From a bacterium (GTDB lineage: Bacteria; Vulcanimicrobiota; Xenobia; Xenobiales; JADMJV01), in NCBI GenBank assembly GCA_018780265.1, contig JADMJV010000096.1, positions 22,856-86,855 on the forward strand: a stretch of 64,000 nt of DNA, read 5' to 3'. How positions within the stretch are numbered: position 1 is the first letter of the stretch; each line of letters opens with the position of its first letter. Below, piece by piece: positions 61,520-64,000 of this stretch. Position numbers and translations under genes: made by a program. The notes under the pieces were generated by a model. That model worked only from the letters and a program-made list of their open reading frames with translations. It made no database searches and had not been told where the DNA came from.

Positions 61520-62737
61520 ATGGGTCTTGACGAGGTTCTGGCCCAGCAGACCGGGGGAGCTCGCTTTGAGTCCAGCGGTCGATTTTCGATCGATTTTCTC
61601 AAGGCTCGCGACAAACTGGAGCGCTTCCGCCTGCCATCGTCCAGCCACTATCTGCTCAAAGCGGTTCAGGCGGCGGTGCTGGCGGGGGCCACCGAAATCA
61701 ACGTAAAGGTGCTGGCCGACGCCACCCTATTTCGCTTTGACGTGCAACCGGACAGCGAAGTGGCCCGCTTTGAGGCGGTCACCGTGGGGTTGCAAAATCC
61801 CTTTGAAATCCCCGACTCGGGCGTGCGGGCGCTGTGTCAGGGAATATTGGGGGCGCTGCTCAATCCCGACGAAGCCGTTTGCTGGCGGGTCAACTGTCAC
61901 ACCGGCTCGGACGCCCTGTGGTTGGGAGCGGGAGGCAACAAGACCGCCTCGGCCCGATACCGGGCCGGTTCTGAGGTGGAATGCATCCTGACCCAATTTC
62001 GTCCTCCCAACTGGAAGATCTGGCAGACCGCCCGGCCGCGCGCCGAGGACAGTAAGATCTTAGATAGCCTGGCCCGCTACTGCCCCATTCCGATCAAGAT
62101 GGAAGGTCGCAACCTGCAGGGAGGCTTTGCCCTGAGTCGGCGCGTGGACGGCGAATTGGCCCCCTATTTTCTTTTTCAAAGCCTGGTTCGGGTGGGACCC
62201 GACGAAAAGCACGCCTTTTCGATGCGCCGTCCACTCGGCAGCAGTTACTACAAAGAAGGCGAAGTCTTTGTCTACCGGCCGCTGCTCTGGAATCCCGAGG
62301 ATATCGGTTGCCAGCCCAGCGTGCAGGGAGATACCTGCTACTTTTATGAGGTGAAACCTGACCTGTCCAGGCCTGGCGACATATTGCGTTGCCAGCTGGC
62401 AGGGGCCGTCGAATCTCATCTCAAGAGCGAGGCCGAAGTGGTCTTTATCTGCAATGGTGTGGCCAGCCAACCGGTCGCTCTCAATCTGGACTGTAAAGGG
62501 CTGCGCATAGTGGCTTCGGGGCAGGGATTGGACCTGGATGCCAGCGGCTTCGGCATTGTGCAAAATGAGAAATTCTTCGACCGACTGCCTCGCATACGCG
62601 CCCACGCCCAGCACCTGCGAGGCCTGGTAAAGAGCCAGTTGAAGCGCTGCAGCCGGCCTTTGTCGGAGGTTTATGAAACGGGCAGCGATGTGAGGATACA
62701 AAACTATCGGCGCCTGCTTGAGGGCGCATTTGGCTAA
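61520..62737 (+). CDS. Hypothetical protein, possibly degenerate GHKL/Hsp90-like N-terminus
   Basis: SSGRFSID...KLERFRLP...LLKAVQAAVLAGA N-terminal pattern. Confidence 0.6.
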   Translation: MGLDEVLAQQTGGARFESSGRFSIDFLKARDKLERFRLPSSSHYLLKAVQAAVLAGATEINVKVLADATLFRFDVQPDSEVARFEAVTVGLQNPFEIPDSGVRALCQGILGALLNPDEAVCWRVNCHTGSDALWLGAGGNKTASARYRAGSEVECILTQFRPPNWKIWQTARPRAEDSKILDSLARYCPIPIKMEGRNLQGGFALSRRVDGELAPYFLFQSLVRVGPDEKHAFSMRRPLGSSYYKEGEVFVYRPLLWNPEDIGCQPSVQGDTCYFYEVKPDLSRPGDILRCQLAGAVESHLKSEAEVVFICNGVASQPVALNLDCKGLRIVASGQGLDLDASGFGIVQNEKFFDRLPRIRAHAQHLRGLVKSQLKRCSRPLSEVYETGSDVRIQNYRRLLEGAFG

Positions 62738-62789
62738 ATGAAGCGCCCGTTCGCCAGGAATTTTGGCGTCGGCCTCGCTATACTCCCGC

Positions 62790-63182
62790 ATGCAAGGAAA
62801 TCCGACTGAACGACTGCAGCGAGCCCTGGCCGAAGCCAGAGGCATTGTGGGGGGCGCCCGACCGGCTGCCGCCAGAGCCGCACTGCGCCAGGAACTGGCC
62901 GGCATCGCCCAGGCCGTTGAAGGCGTGATGGCGATTTGGGACAAGATGGAGAAGGGGAACTTTGATCTCCAATCCGTCGACGCAAATTTCTATTCGGCCG
63001 GAGAAATCTACCTGGATGCCGTGGAAAAATTGACCGAGGCAGTAGAGAAGGCATCGCCGAGTACTCTTGACGAGGTCGAGCAGATGCTGGCGCGTGCCGG
63101 CCGTCAGTTGGTCAGTGCCAACGACAAGGCCCACGCCGAACTTGAGCGCCTGGCCCAAGCGGGGGAACAGCCCGGCGCCTGA
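62790..63182 (+). CDS. Hypothetical helical-bundle protein
   Basis: Amphipathic helices; TATACT 5 nt before ATG. Confidence 0.65.
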   Translation: MQGNPTERLQRALAEARGIVGGARPAAARAALRQELAGIAQAVEGVMAIWDKMEKGNFDLQSVDANFYSAGEIYLDAVEKLTEAVEKASPSTLDEVEQMLARAGRQLVSANDKAHAELERLAQAGEQPGA

Positions 63183-63205
63183 GCCCTTTTAGAATGAGGT
63201 AACCC

Positions 63206-64000
63206 ATGTTTCAGTCCCCTCCCTATGCAGCCCTGTGCCCGGCTGCATCTACCGGCGCCAAGGCCTGGCTGCAATTGGAAGACGGCACTCGCTTCTCAGG
63301 ATTGGCCGCTGGCGCTCCCGGCTATCGTCTGGGTGAAGTGGTTTTTTCCACAGCCATGACCGGCTATCAGGAACTGCTCACTGACCCATCCTACAGCGGC
63401 CAGATTCTGGTCTCCACGGTTGCCCACGTGGGTAACGTGGGGGTGACGCCCAAGGACGATGAGTCAAGTCGATGCTGGCTACAGGGCTTTGTGGTTCAGG
63501 ACCTGTGCCCATTTTACAGCAACTGGCGGGCCACCGGCGGCCTGCCCCAATGGCTGCAGCAGCGAGACGTGGTGACCATCACCGGGCTGGACACGCGCGC
63601 CCTGGTGCGCCACCTTCGTCACCATGGCTGCATGCGAGGGGTGATCTGGCACGAGGGCACTCTGGATAACGTGGAACAACGGCTCCAAGAGTGGCCCCGC
63701 ATGGAAGGGTCCAACCTGGTGGATGGCGTCACTCCCAAGCAGCCTCAAGTGTACGCGGCCGATCAGGGACGTCCGCGCATTGTGGCCCTGGACTGCGGCA
63801 TGAAGCAAGAGATGTTGCATCTCTTGCTGGAGCGGGGCTTTGAGGTGGTGCGACTGCCCGCCCACAGCAGCGCCGAGGAGATCTTGAAGTGGCAGCCGCA
63901 GGGGCTCTTTCTCTCCAATGGGCCGGGGGATCCGGCCACGCTCCAGGACATGGTGGGCCAACTGCGCTTGTTGCTGGGCAAACTGCCCATCTTCGGGATC
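63206..64000 (+). CDS. carA: Carbamoyl-phosphate synthase small subunit (partial, runs off the window; not in ORF track)
   Basis: Manual translation: LEDGT, GEVVFSTAMTGYQELLTDPSY, GLDTRAL, FLSNGPGDP, LPIFGI. Confidence 0.95.
   Translation, partial: MFQSPPYAALCPAASTGAKAWLQLEDGTRFSGLAAGAPGYRLGEVVFSTAMTGYQELLTDPSYSGQILVSTVAHVGNVGVTPKDDESSRCWLQGFVVQDLCPFYSNWRATGGLPQWLQQRDVVTITGLDTRALVRHLRHHGCMRGVIWHEGTLDNVEQRLQEWPRMEGSNLVDGVTPKQPQVYAADQGRPRIVALDCGMKQEMLHLLLERGFEVVRLPAHSSAEEILKWQPQGLFLSNGPGDPATLQDMVGQLRLLLGKLPIFGI

Overview
GC-rich bacterial chromosome segment. Gene content and protein style suggest a Terrabacteria lineage, possibly Ca. Eremiobacterota; this is inference only. The core is the transcription/translation supercluster: rpoBC, str (rpsL-rpsG-fusA-tuf-rpsJ), then S10-spc-alpha from rplC to rplQ. 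It is unusual in three ways: a ~3.5 kb insert splits rpsJ from rplC, rplX/rpsN/rpmD are absent from their usual slots, and IF-1 is strongly diverged. The left flank carries a pilC-like gene, a 37x decapeptide-repeat protein, mqnD, mtnBC, def, an MFS transporter, a B-lectin and a beta-helix carbohydrate enzyme. The right flank carries a fused ECF ATPase, a decayed accessory island (~50.9-55.5 kb), a eukaryote-like NUDT9 Nudix hydrolase, carbamoyltransferase + GT4, an M4/M36-like metallopeptidase and a partial carA. The most striking element is absent from the ORF track: two tandem, circularly permuted tRNA-like RNAs at ~55.18-55.48 kb (T-arm, loop-closed acceptor stem, D-arm). They resemble YrlA-type Y RNAs, but no Ro60/Rsr or RtcB gene is recognisable in the window. 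They lie between a circularly permuted, Ser-less ACP-like gene and the NUDT9 homolog.
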